Below, piece after piece: positions 27,539 to 35,968 of a stretch of DNA of 35,968 nucleotides (position 1 is the first letter of the stretch; each line of letters opens with the position of its first letter). The notes beneath the pieces are model-generated. The model did not search any database. It worked only from the letters and a program-made list of their open reading frames with translations, and was not told the DNA's origin. A program made the position numbers and the translations under genes. This DNA is from a virus (Duplodnaviria; Caudoviricetes): positions 1 to 35,968 of the IMG/VR virus record IMGVR_UViG_3300023283_000389. One strand, written 5' to 3'.

Positions 27539-28351
27539 TCAGGCTCCTTCCGTGGTGATGGGTGACTCGTTCGTGTCGGTGGTCGGGGGGGTGTCGATGG
27601 CGGGATCGCCGGCCTCGCCGTCGCGGTGGGCCGCGTAGGCACGGAAGTCGAGAGGGAGCTCGTCGGGCAGCCCGAGGCGGTTCTTGGCGACGTGCGCCGG
27701 GCGCTCGGTGGTCTTGAGCACCCGCTCACCGCTGCCGATGCCCTGCACCCGCTTGCGGTTGAAGCCCTCGTCGGTGCTCTTGGTCAGCACGCGGTAGCTC
27801 GCGAACATCACCTCGTCGCACCACTCCTGGACGAGGGCCGACGCGTGCTTGTTGAGCCGCGGCGCGTAGCGGTCGTACGTCTCGGTCTCGGGGTTGGCGA
27901 ACTTTTCGACGGCGGCGTGCGCGATGAGGATCACCTGCATGCCGCGGTCGTTTCGCAGCGCGTCGAGCCCAGCGAGCACCTCACGCCACGCGTCGAGGGC
28001 GAAGACGTATCCCTTGGCGTACGGCACGTCCTCGATCGACTTCACGCCGCGGTCGCGGCAGGTCTTCGCGTGGATCAGCCGCTCGAGCCAGTCGAGGCTG
28101 TCGATCACAACGGTCTGGTACCCGTGCTCCTCGATGTACAGGTCCCCGAGCATCTCGATGACCTGCTTGAACTCCGTCGCCAGCGGGAACCGCTCGGCAT
28201 CGATGTCCGCCAGTCCGTCCTCGGTCTGGATGAAGACCGGCCGCTCGGCCATCGCGCCGAAGGTCGACTTCCCGATGCCGTGCGTCCCGTAGACCATAAT
28301 CCGGCGTGGACGCGCGGCGCGACCGCACTCGATGTGCTTCATCAGGCTCAT
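27539..28351 (-). CDS. AAA_24 ATPase (Sak4-like recombinase)
   Basis: YGTHGIGKST, VVIDSLDWLE, LIAH and AKNR motifs. Confidence 0.88.
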   Translation of the reverse strand: MSLMKHIECGRAARPRRIMVYGTHGIGKSTFGAMAERPVFIQTEDGLADIDAERFPLATEFKQVIEMLGDLYIEEHGYQTVVIDSLDWLERLIHAKTCRDRGVKSIEDVPYAKGYVFALDAWREVLAGLDALRNDRGMQVILIAHAAVEKFANPETETYDRYAPRLNKHASALVQEWCDEVMFASYRVLTKSTDEGFNRKRVQGIGSGERVLKTTERPAHVAKNRLGLPDELPLDFRAYAAHRDGEAGDPAIDTPPTTDTNESPITTEGA

Positions 28352-29292
28352 GCGTTCTCCTGTGGGTGGGTTGGTGAGGGGGCGGGTGAGTCGATGTCGA
28401 TCAGCCGCAGCGACTCGAACCGCGTCTTCCAGATGTCGTGCTCGCGGCAGCGAGTCAGCTCGTCGATCGCGGCGAGGTTTTCATCGGCGGCCCGATCGAG
28501 CAGCTGGCGCGAGAGCTGCCACACACCGCAGCGGTGCGGCTCGCGTTTCTCGATCGTGACCAGATGCACCTCGAGCTCGACGCCGCAGGCTTCGACCACC
28601 AGCTCGCGGTAGAAGGCCATCTGGTGGACGTAGCCGTAGCGGTGCGCGTCGCGCTCGAACTCGTCGAGGTCGCTGCACGTCTTCAGATCGACGATGCCGC
28701 GGCCGTCAATAGGGTTGATCCAATCGATCCGAGACTGACACGGCACGCCGCCGTACTCGGCACGCACCACGCCCTCGGCGACACCCAAGCGGAGCAGTTC
28801 GCGGGCGAACACGTGATCGTGCACGCCGGCACGCATCTGCTCGAGCAGCGCCGCGTCCGCATCACTCAGCACCGGCCGGCCGACTGACGCGGCCCACTCG
28901 GCGAACTTCTTCGTCTGCACGCCGAACGGCTGGCCGGTCTTCGGGTTGATCGGACCGCCGACCGCGAACTCGGCCTCGAAGCGCTCTCGGCCTTCCAGGA
29001 TCAGCACGTGTGCCGCACGCCCGAGGGCGTACGCCGCGGAATCACGCTGCGTCACAAGCCCGAGTTGCTTCCGCCGGTAGAGCTTCGGGCAACGCCGGAA
29101 GTCCGCGAGTTGGTGCGAGGAGAGATTGTCCTTGGCCCGCGCGTGGTAGACGGACGCCGGCTCGGTGATTAGGAAGCCGAGGTCGAGCTCGTGCGCCGGG
29201 CGTTCGGACCCGCCGAGATCCTCGGGGCGGATCTCGCGCTCGTAGTCGCCCTGCCCGAGCCGCACAAGCGGTGCGCGATCGCCGCCGCTCAC
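28348..29292 (-). CDS. PD-(D/E)XK exonuclease (DUF3799/RecE-like)
   Basis: YHA...LSSHQL...LGRAAHVLILEG...CQSRIDW...IVDLKT...YVHQMAFY. Confidence 0.85.
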   Translation of the reverse strand: MSGGDRAPLVRLGQGDYEREIRPEDLGGSERPAHELDLGFLITEPASVYHARAKDNLSSHQLADFRRCPKLYRRKQLGLVTQRDSAAYALGRAAHVLILEGRERFEAEFAVGGPINPKTGQPFGVQTKKFAEWAASVGRPVLSDADAALLEQMRAGVHDHVFARELLRLGVAEGVVRAEYGGVPCQSRIDWINPIDGRGIVDLKTCSDLDEFERDAHRYGYVHQMAFYRELVVEACGVELEVHLVTIEKREPHRCGVWQLSRQLLDRAADENLAAIDELTRCREHDIWKTRFESLRLIDIDSPAPSPTHPQENA

Positions 29293-29633
29293 GCTGCGCT
29301 CCCGGTCGCGGTGCTCACGAACTCGCCTCGGGAGACGATCCGGTCCACCCGCAGCGAGTCGTCGCCGAACTCCCGGCGGCACACCGCGACGAAGACCTTC
29401 GCGATGTCCCGCCCGGCTCCGAAGCTGCCGTCGATCGCGACGATGCGCTCCTCGTCGTCGGCCACGCGCATCGCGTCGAGGCGGACCTCGGACGGCCCCC
29501 GAAGGCTCTCGACGGCGAGCACCGCGAGTTGCAGCGCTTCGTTCGCCTCGATCATGTCGACGCCGGCGGTGAACCGGAACCGGTAGATCGTCCTCGTCGG
29601 AAGGCAGCTCGCCATGCAGTCGCATCCGTTCAT
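29289..29633 (-). CDS. Hypothetical protein, first gene of the replication operon
   Basis: GGAGG RBS before ATG 29633; protein-like sequence IYRFRF...VFVAVCRREFG; coupled to the next gene. Confidence 0.65.
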   Translation of the reverse strand: MNGCDCMASCLPTRTIYRFRFTAGVDMIEANEALQLAVLAVESLRGPSEVRLDAMRVADDEERIVAIDGSFGAGRDIAKVFVAVCRREFGDDSLRVDRIVSRGEFVSTATGSAA

Positions 29634-29712
29634 CGCGTGGGTCCTCCGCGGACCACCTACGCGAACGGCCGGCGAAGTGGCGGAGCAAGAGCGATGTCGC
29701 CGGCCGGCGGTG

Positions 29713-30234
29713 TCAGAGGTACTCAGCAAGGCCGGCCTCCTCGAAGACGACGCGGATGCGCGCGATCTCGTCCCGCACCGTGCTCCGCGGCAGGCCCAGC
29801 TCCCGGGCAGCCGGCGACACGCTCTCCCGGAGCAGCTGGTCGCAGACATCGCGCTGCCGGGGCGTGAGGCGCGAGAGCACGACGTCGAGATCCCCGCGGA
29901 GGTCGCTCGCCGCCTCGCGATCAGGGCCATCGGTGGCATCGTCCGTGAGGTGGTGGGCGGCCTTATCGAGCGGGCCGGCCCGAAGCCGACGCTTCTTAGC
30001 CGCCCGCCGACGCAGCAACGAGTTCGTCCGCGTCGAGACGACCTGATTCACGAACGCCTGCGGCGTGCCGCGGTCCGGGTCGAACCCGTCCCATGCGCGG
30101 AGCACCTCGAGGATCAACTGCGACGCGCAGTCTTGGTGCTCGTCACGGCGAACCAGCCCCCGGCGGCGCAGGTCCGTGATCGTGCGGTGGACGACGAGGT
30201 GGATGAAATCAACGGTGGATGGATCGATCGTCAT
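29713..30234 (-). CDS. ECF-type sigma-70 factor
   Basis: Region 2 QDCASQLILEVLRAWDGFDPDRG...FVNQVV; region 4 LSRLTPRQRDV...AARELGLPRSTV. Confidence 0.85.
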   Translation of the reverse strand: MTIDPSTVDFIHLVVHRTITDLRRRGLVRRDEHQDCASQLILEVLRAWDGFDPDRGTPQAFVNQVVSTRTNSLLRRRAAKKRRLRAGPLDKAAHHLTDDATDGPDREAASDLRGDLDVVLSRLTPRQRDVCDQLLRESVSPAARELGLPRSTVRDEIARIRVVFEEAGLAEYL

Positions 30235-30328
30235 GTGGCTAGGTCCTTGGCGAGCGCGCAGCGATCGCGCTGAGCACGGCGGCGCTCGTTGGCTGTGGGT
30301 CGATGGGTCGGGGTGCCCGCCGGGCGGG

Positions 30329-30517
30329 CCGCTACGTCACGGCGTGCCGACAACACGGCACGCGAGGGTCCTCTCGCTCATGCCCGCGACGCGTGGCCCG
30401 ACAGCGGCTCGTCGCGGGGCGAATCACTGGATGTGTGGAGGACGATCTGTCGGGCAGCCGCTCCGGATATCCCGGGGCGACTTCCCGCGTAGCGGCACGC
30501 TACATCTGGCGTAGCGG
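30329..30517. repeat. Repeated CGTAGCGG/CGCTAC boxes upstream of the sigma gene
   Basis: GCGTAGCGG at 30487-30495 and 30509-30517; inverted CGCTAC at 30498-30503; CCGCTACG at 30329-30336. Confidence 0.6.
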
Positions 30518-30519
30518 GC

Positions 30520-32544
30520 TCAAAATTCCCACGGAGGCTGATCCGATGGGTCGTAAACCGGTGTGCTTCCGATGGTTATCGATTCTCGAAAATGTGACGC
30601 TGCGGGCTCGCAGTACTGTCCGATGGTGTCCACAGACCGGTTGATCGCGTTGCGAACCCGGTCGCGGAGCCGTTTGTGGTCCGCGCTCTCGGTCTTCGGG
30701 CGGCCCTTGAAGTTCGAACGGCGGATCTCCGCGATCAGCTTGTCCTTCTCCGCTTTGAACACCTCGGCCTCAACAAAGGCCTGATCGCGGTTGGCACGAT
30801 CGAGTTCGGCGTCGAGCTCCTTGAGCCGCTCGTGATATGCCGCGGCAGCGGTGAGGTCGAGCTTCTCCTGGTTCGATGCGCTGATCGGAAGCCCGCGAGC
30901 TTGCGGGCGGGCCGTCACGAAGAGTTCAGCCAGCGTGAATCGACGCCCGGGGGCGGAGATCAACTCGCGGATGTAGGTGAGGCCGATACTGGGCAGCAGA
31001 TGCTTCTCTACACCGTCGAACCTAAGAACCCAGCCCTGGCCTCGCTCGAGCAATTGGTAGTCCGGAGCTGTGTCACCGACTGGCTCGGTTGGAGTCGCAA
31101 CGTGATCACCGGAAGACGGACGCGGATCGTGTACGAGGCGAATGAGGCAGCTATCTGGCAACGATCTGGAGCGAATCGCCTTCGTCGCCGACGCGATGCC
31201 GTTGTCGACGACCTGCATGACCTGCTGCCCGTGCCGGCGATACAGATCGACAATCTTGCGGGCAGCGGAGTCCTCATCCATGCCGAGATGACGGAGTGCT
31301 CTCGCCGCTTCACCGTACTGGCTGAAGAACTGATCCTCCGGCATGGTGGCGACGCGCTGAGCGGTTTCGACGTAGGACGCGAGCATGATCCGAGACTCCC
31401 CGGCGTCCCGCGGATCGATGATCAGATCGCGTCCGTAGGTCTCGGGCTTCTCGAAAGAGCCGGCTCCCCCCGCCAGGACCGCGAAGCGACGATCGATGCA
31501 CTGGGAGCACTTTCCGCAGTGCGGCTTCGCGTTGCTGATCTCCCACGTGTGCGTGCAGCTCGTCGACCATGGGACCATGGCTCCGTGCCCCGCATCGACG
31601 ATTTCCCGTACGACATCGGCCTTGGTCTTCCAGATAAACCGGTTCTCGACGGCGAAGTCCACACCCGACACGAGCGCAAAGAACCGCTCCATCGAGCGAA
31701 GGACTTTCGGGTGGGTCGTCCGCGTCGCTCGCGAGCCGACGATCTGCGGCGAGAGCGGGAGGTTAAGGCTGACGACGCCGTTCTCGTAGAAGCGAATTGT
31801 GTTTAGACCTGCCATCCGTGCGACCACGGCCGCAAGGGAGGCGTAGAGAAACGAACGGGACCGCTGCGTGTACTCACGCTCGCCGAGATCCTGCTTGTTG
31901 ACGCGAACGGTGACGTACTGCGGCGCGGGTCCGGTTGCGGCGCCGTCCAGCATGGCGCGGAGCGTCCTCAGACGGTTCCGAAGCTTGGGTGTGGATTCAT
32001 GCGTCACGAAGAGCGATGGCTCACCATCGACGACGGCCTGTTGTACGGCACCGCCAAGCGAATCAAGACCGCCGGAGAACAACGCGATGGCACCGGGCGT
32101 TACGGAGTCGTCGTAGTCAGCGAACTCAAGATAGCTGTCGACCGACGGTGGGCGCTCGTACTTGATGAACTCGAACTCGTACTCGTCCTCCGACAAGAAG
32201 CTCAGCAGCTCGGACAGGGCCGCTGACATCTCTTCAGACCGCCAGAGCGCGAGTTCACGCACGGAGATCTTGAATCGCAAGCGACGGCGCCAGTTCGCAC
32301 CCATCGACTCAACATCGTGTGCTCCACGGTGCTCAATCTGATCGGCGATGTATACAAACGCGGCGATCTCAAGAAGGTCGACGAGGGCGGACGGGATACT
32401 CTGGTTGAGCGTGGATCCGATGTCACCGAGATTGAGACGGACGTTCCGGTGCGCGCCCGAGGTGCGGAGCTTGAGCACGCCGTCCGTCTCGCGCCGGCCG
32501 GTCGCGGCTTCGTTGCATAGCAGGACAACTTCTGGGCGACTCAC
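30520..32544 (-). CDS. QueC/QatC-like PP-loop enzyme fused to a C-terminal putative DNA-binding/regulatory domain
   Basis: LFSGGLDS, TQRSRSFLY, YENGVVSLNLPL, TRTTHP, WKTKADVV and SC...HCGKCSQCIDRR; about 180-aa extra C-terminus after a Pro/Thr linker. Confidence 0.85.
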   Translation of the reverse strand: MSRPEVVLLCNEAATGRRETDGVLKLRTSGAHRNVRLNLGDIGSTLNQSIPSALVDLLEIAAFVYIADQIEHRGAHDVESMGANWRRRLRFKISVRELALWRSEEMSAALSELLSFLSEDEYEFEFIKYERPPSVDSYLEFADYDDSVTPGAIALFSGGLDSLGGAVQQAVVDGEPSLFVTHESTPKLRNRLRTLRAMLDGAATGPAPQYVTVRVNKQDLGEREYTQRSRSFLYASLAAVVARMAGLNTIRFYENGVVSLNLPLSPQIVGSRATRTTHPKVLRSMERFFALVSGVDFAVENRFIWKTKADVVREIVDAGHGAMVPWSTSCTHTWEISNAKPHCGKCSQCIDRRFAVLAGGAGSFEKPETYGRDLIIDPRDAGESRIMLASYVETAQRVATMPEDQFFSQYGEAARALRHLGMDEDSAARKIVDLYRRHGQQVMQVVDNGIASATKAIRSRSLPDSCLIRLVHDPRPSSGDHVATPTEPVGDTAPDYQLLERGQGWVLRFDGVEKHLLPSIGLTYIRELISAPGRRFTLAELFVTARPQARGLPISASNQEKLDLTAAAAYHERLKELDAELDRANRDQAFVEAEVFKAEKDKLIAEIRRSNFKGRPKTESADHKRLRDRVRNAINRSVDTIGQYCEPAASHFRESITIGSTPVYDPSDQPPWEF

Positions 32545-33326
32545 TTCGCGCCCTCCTTGAGCTCTGCCACAATCTTCTTCATCGCGACATGGGCGAACCC
32601 TGAGGCCTCCTCACGGGTGATGCCTCCGATACCACTCTTCCATTCGTGTGCCGAACGCCATTCCCCTGCGAACCTCGCGACGATTACGGACGCCTCTCGG
32701 CAGTGCTTCGCCAGCGCGCTATCGAACTCGGCCTTATCTGCGAGATTTGCAAACCGCTGGTTCTCGCCGACATGGTTGCCGGCTTCACGGCTGACGTAGA
32801 ACTGCAGTACCTTGTTCATGACCTGCCCGAAGAAGCGCCGTCCTAGTTCGCCGAAGTTCTTGGGCGTGCCAAGCTCGTGGAAGGCCCGCTGAACGTCCTC
32901 TGCGGTACTCGAGAAAAGACCGTGCTGCTGTGTCTTCTCGGTCACGAGGGAGTTCACCGCCTCTGCCGCGGCGCTCTGCGCGATCTCGCCTAGGTCGGTG
33001 CGGCCGCGATTGTTCGGCATGCTGGCGTCGATGGCCTCGGACACCGCCGCGAGGATGGAGGGAAGCGACGGATGGTCTGGCACATCGAGCCCTCGGGACC
33101 GCAGCCCCTCAACGAAGTCCCCATCGCGTGCCGCGGCCGCGAGCTTGGTCAGTGTCCAGAACGCCTCGACCAGACCTTGGTGATGAGCTGTGGCCATGAG
33201 CCCGTTCTCGGCGGCTCTGACAACAGCGTTTGCAATCTGATCGAAGCTCGCACCGATCGCGATGAGGCCAACGACCTCCTGCTACTTGCGAGTTCGCGGT
33301 AGATTGCCAAGTCGGCTGTGCCCCAT
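32541..33326 (-). pseudogene. QatB-like QueC partner interrupted by in-frame TAG at codon 15 (33282-33284)
   Basis: ATG 33326 reads MGHSRLGNLPRTRK*QEVVGLIAIGASFDQIANAVVRAAENGL and continues in frame into the 218-aa ORF; GTGA overlap with the QueC gene. Confidence 0.7.
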
Positions 33327-33483
33327 GATGCCTGCCATCGACTGGATGGCGGCCCGGCTTGGTTAACCTGTGCGTGGCGGGCCGCGCCATCATGGTACCC
33401 CATACTGGGTGTTGGGGTGGCGAGGGGAACGCCGTCGACATCTAGCGATCGGCACCGGTGCGACCGGACACATATCTGTGGTT

Positions 33484-33888
33484 TCACGCGCGGCTTCGCC
33501 ACATTTCTCGCTGCACATCCCAGTCCGGTTCGCCGGCGATCGCCCGGACCCGCCGCTCAGGAACTGCGTCGCGCTCCCCGCGCACCGGCTCATGGAACAG
33601 GATCGCTTCCTGGATGTCCGGGGCGAGGTTCAAGAGGTTCACGATCTGGCTCACCCGGGCGCGGGTGACGTGCCCAAGAGCCGCAATATCCGCGAAGTCC
33701 TCGACATCCCCCCGTCGGACCAGCCCGTCGAACCGGATCGCGAGCGCCATGAGCTTGGCGATCCGAGGCACCGCGCCGACCTCGGCGTCGGGCTCGGGAG
33801 GAGCCTCGCCCTGCTGCAGTTCCAGCTGTCCACGCGGACCCCGTGAGAAGTGGACCGCGTACTCAACCGTGACCCCATCGTCCATCAT
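33484..33888 (-). CDS. Recombinase-associated HTH protein
   Basis: PRIAKLMALAIRF...DIAALGHVTRARVSQIVNLLNLAPDIQEAIL; ATGA overlap with the recombinase. Confidence 0.75.
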   Translation of the reverse strand: MMDDGVTVEYAVHFSRGPRGQLELQQGEAPPEPDAEVGAVPRIAKLMALAIRFDGLVRRGDVEDFADIAALGHVTRARVSQIVNLLNLAPDIQEAILFHEPVRGERDAVPERRVRAIAGEPDWDVQREMWRSRA

Positions 33889-35450
33889 GCCATAGCCTCC
33901 CGGTCCACCAGCCGGCGGAGCCCCAGCGGATGGAATCCGATCGCGACCGAGCCCTTCTCCGCGTCGTAGTCGACCCGCTGAACGAGCAGCCGCACCAGGC
34001 GTACCTGCTGATTCGGCGACAGCCGGGACCACACCGCGTCGAAGTCCTCGAAGGCAGCGTCCACCTCCTCGGGGAGCACCATCTCCGCCTCCGCCGCAGT
34101 GATTCCCGTGTTGGCTTCGGCCGCCCGACGTTGCGCCTCGGCGAGCGCCGCGTGGAGGTCGGCCAGCCGCGCCGCCGCGTGCGGGCTAGACGCGGCGTCA
34201 CCCGCCACTCGCCCCAGCTCGCGCTGCAGACGGGCGACGTCCCGTTCGGCCGCATCGAGGTCAGCCCGCGCCGCGTCGCGCTTCGCTTCCGACGCCCGTC
34301 GGCACGCCGCCAAGGTTCGCGACCGAACCTCGGGGTCCATGCACACCTCGCGCACGCGATCGACCACGAACCGCTCGATCTGGTCAGCTGGAAGCGATTT
34401 GCACGGGCACGCCTCCCAGCCGCGCTTCTGCGCGGTGTAGCACACGTAGTACCGGTAGACCCGGTCCTTCGAGTCGTTGACGGTCGCCGTGTGCCCCATC
34501 GCGGTGCCGCACGGCGCGCAGTGGAGCAGCCCCTTCAGCAAGGCCGAGTGCTTGTTCCGCCGGTGCATCCCGCCGGTCCGCCCGTTGAACCGGAGCGTCT
34601 CCTGCGCCTTGGCCCACACCGCGTCCGTGATGAGCGCATCGTGCTCGCCCTCGAAGGTCTCGGTCTTGTACTTCACGCGCCCGATGTAGAGCACGTTGGT
34701 GAGGATCTTCAGCACCGCGGCCTTGTCCCACGGCCGACCTCCATGCACCCTGCCCCGCTTGGTCACCACCCGCTTCGTCGTGATGCCGCGCTCGTTGAAT
34801 CCCCGGCTGACCGCCAGCAACGATCGATGTTCCAGATACAGGTCGAAGATTTCGCGGACCAGCTTCGCCTCCCCGGCGTTCACCACGAGCCGCTTGGTCT
34901 CGGGGTCGATGTCGTACCCGAGGACGGAACGCCCGCCCGACCATTTGCCCTTCCGGCGGGCCGCCGCGATCTTGTCACGCGTCCGCTCGGAGATGATCTC
35001 CCGTTCGAACTGGGCGAACGACAGCAGGATGTTCAGCGTCAGCCGGCCCATCGACTGCGTCGTGTTGAACTGCTGCGTAACCGAAACGAACGAGATCCGC
35101 TTCCGTTCGAACAGCTCCATCAGCCGGGCAAAGTCCATGAGCGACCGGCTCAGGCGGTCCACCTTGTAGACCACCACGCAGTCGACCTTGCCCGCCTCGA
35201 TGTCGTCCATGAGGCGCTTGACCGCGGGCCGCTCCATGTTGCCACCGGTGAAGCCGCCGTCGTCGTACCGGTCCGGCACGCAGACCCAGCCCTCGGCCTT
35301 CTGGCTCGCGATGTACGCCTCGGCGCTCTCGCGCTGCGCGTCCAGCGAGTTGAACTCCTGCTCGAGCCCCTCTTCGGTGCTTTTGCGCGTGTAGATCGCG
35401 CATCGGATCGATGGTGGACCAGGCTGGGCCGTACTTAGCTTCTTGCTCAT
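33885..35450 (-). CDS. Large serine recombinase (integrase)
   Basis: CAIYTRKST catalytic Ser, VYKVDRLSRS, AQFEREIISER, recombinase domain, zinc ribbon CAPC...YYVC and coiled coil. Confidence 0.96.
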   Translation of the reverse strand: MSKKLSTAQPGPPSIRCAIYTRKSTEEGLEQEFNSLDAQRESAEAYIASQKAEGWVCVPDRYDDGGFTGGNMERPAVKRLMDDIEAGKVDCVVVYKVDRLSRSLMDFARLMELFERKRISFVSVTQQFNTTQSMGRLTLNILLSFAQFEREIISERTRDKIAAARRKGKWSGGRSVLGYDIDPETKRLVVNAGEAKLVREIFDLYLEHRSLLAVSRGFNERGITTKRVVTKRGRVHGGRPWDKAAVLKILTNVLYIGRVKYKTETFEGEHDALITDAVWAKAQETLRFNGRTGGMHRRNKHSALLKGLLHCAPCGTAMGHTATVNDSKDRVYRYYVCYTAQKRGWEACPCKSLPADQIERFVVDRVREVCMDPEVRSRTLAACRRASEAKRDAARADLDAAERDVARLQRELGRVAGDAASSPHAAARLADLHAALAEAQRRAAEANTGITAAEAEMVLPEEVDAAFEDFDAVWSRLSPNQQVRLVRLLVQRVDYDAEKGSVAIGFHPLGLRRLVDREAMA

Positions 35451-35968
35451 CCGGCCTCCCGGTCTCGGGCCCGACGCTTCGACGACGGCAGCCCGAAGAA
35501 GTTCACGCCGTTCCAGTGCGCGCCGGTGATGTGACGGGCGACCGCGGTCAGCGACCGGAACACCTCGCCCCCCTCTGGAGTCAGCAACTCGAACCCCCGT
35601 GGGAGCACCTTCACCAGGATCGTCTCGCCCTTGTACTCACGCCGGAGCACCGCCCCCGGCTTCGGGAAGTCCGCAGACCGACCGGCGTCGAACGCGGCCG
35701 TGACCACCGGCCCCGCCTGCGTCTCGCGGGCCCGCGGCGCCGTGAGCCGAAGCTCGGAGTCATCGGCCAACTCCGCGGCTCGGCGCATCGCCCGCTCCGA
35801 GAGCCCGCCCTGTTCGAGCGCCTGCATACGCCAGACGATCCGCTTGATCAGGTACCGCTTATGGTTCGTCCGTGTCGGCTCGCCGAAGACCTCGGCGTAC
35901 CGCTGCTTGAGCTGGGGCACGGTCAGCGTCCCGAGCTCCTTCATGGTGTTCGCGATGTCCGTCGCCAT
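35447..35968 (-). CDS. DUF2924 protein
   Basis: LKQRYAEVFG...IVWRMQALEQGGLS...PGAVLRREYKG...SLTAVARHITGAHWNGVNFFGL. Confidence 0.9.
   Translation of the reverse strand: MATDIANTMKELGTLTVPQLKQRYAEVFGEPTRTNHKRYLIKRIVWRMQALEQGGLSERAMRRAAELADDSELRLTAPRARETQAGPVVTAAFDAGRSADFPKPGAVLRREYKGETILVKVLPRGFELLTPEGGEVFRSLTAVARHITGAHWNGVNFFGLPSSKRRARDREAG

Larger units (their letters stand above)
1..35968 (-). mobile_element. Lambda-like (siphovirus) prophage with serine-integrase module; boundaries extend beyond the window
   Basis: Ordered integration, replication, packaging, head and tail modules, co-oriented on the minus strand with many ATGA/GTGA overlaps. Confidence 0.93.

Noticed and set aside
30520-32544. 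Housekeeping queuosine synthesis or phage 7-deazaguanine DNA modification
   Set aside because: The protein is far longer than QueC and has QatC-type motifs; no folE, queD, queE or dpdA in the window
30520-33326. Complete QatABCD system
   Set aside because: No KAP-family ATPase (QatA) or TatD nuclease (QatD) adjacent; both flanks are phage genes
33334-33350. GCCATC-N5-GATGGC hairpin just upstream of the partner gene start, as a riboswitch (e.g. preQ1)
   Set aside because: Only a 6-8 bp stem with no recognisable preQ1 consensus; an Infernal/Rfam scan would be needed
1-35968. Gene transfer agent or phage satellite
   Set aside because: It has its own integrase, replication module, full head and tail set and a cos-like site, which fits an autonomous prophage better
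1-35968. tRNA, rRNA, CRISPR array, IS element or reverse transcriptase/DGR
   Set aside because: None recognisable by eye; short structured ncRNAs cannot be excluded without a covariance search

Overview
The window is a near-complete, high-GC, lambda-like temperate siphovirus prophage, read almost entirely on the minus strand. It starts exactly at a stop codon and ends exactly at a start codon, so the att sites, any lysin and further tail genes probably lie outside. The host is plausibly a planctomycete; this is inferred from my recollection of the gene repertoire and was not checked. From right to left the modules are: (1) integration: DUF2924, large serine recombinase and a small HTH gene; (2) a more AT-rich two-gene cassette: a QatB-like partner with an in-frame TAG at codon 15, and a QueC/QatC-like enzyme fused to a putative DNA-binding C-terminal domain; (3) an ECF sigma factor; (4) recombination/replication: PD-(D/E)XK exonuclease, AAA ATPase, DUF669, RusA, two ParB-like genes, SF2 helicase, HNH and primase-DUF3987; (5) a candidate origin and a lambda-like cosQ/cosN site; (6) a ParB-fused DNA methylase; (7) an inverted accessory cassette: DUF6900, Lys-rich HARE-HTH, and an AbrB/Doc toxin-antitoxin pair; (8) terminase, portal, protease-capsid fusion, DUF2190, connectors, tail tube, chaperones, a lipoprotein, tape measure and tail genes; (9) an inserted GNAT gene; (10) a tail-coupled methyltransferase and a DUF115/Maf-like transferase. 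No CI-type repressor is recognisable. The QueC cassette sits where immunity genes usually are, directly upstream of repeated CGTAGCGG boxes and the sigma gene, and is the best candidate for a new system. All family assignments come from motif recognition by eye, not database searches.
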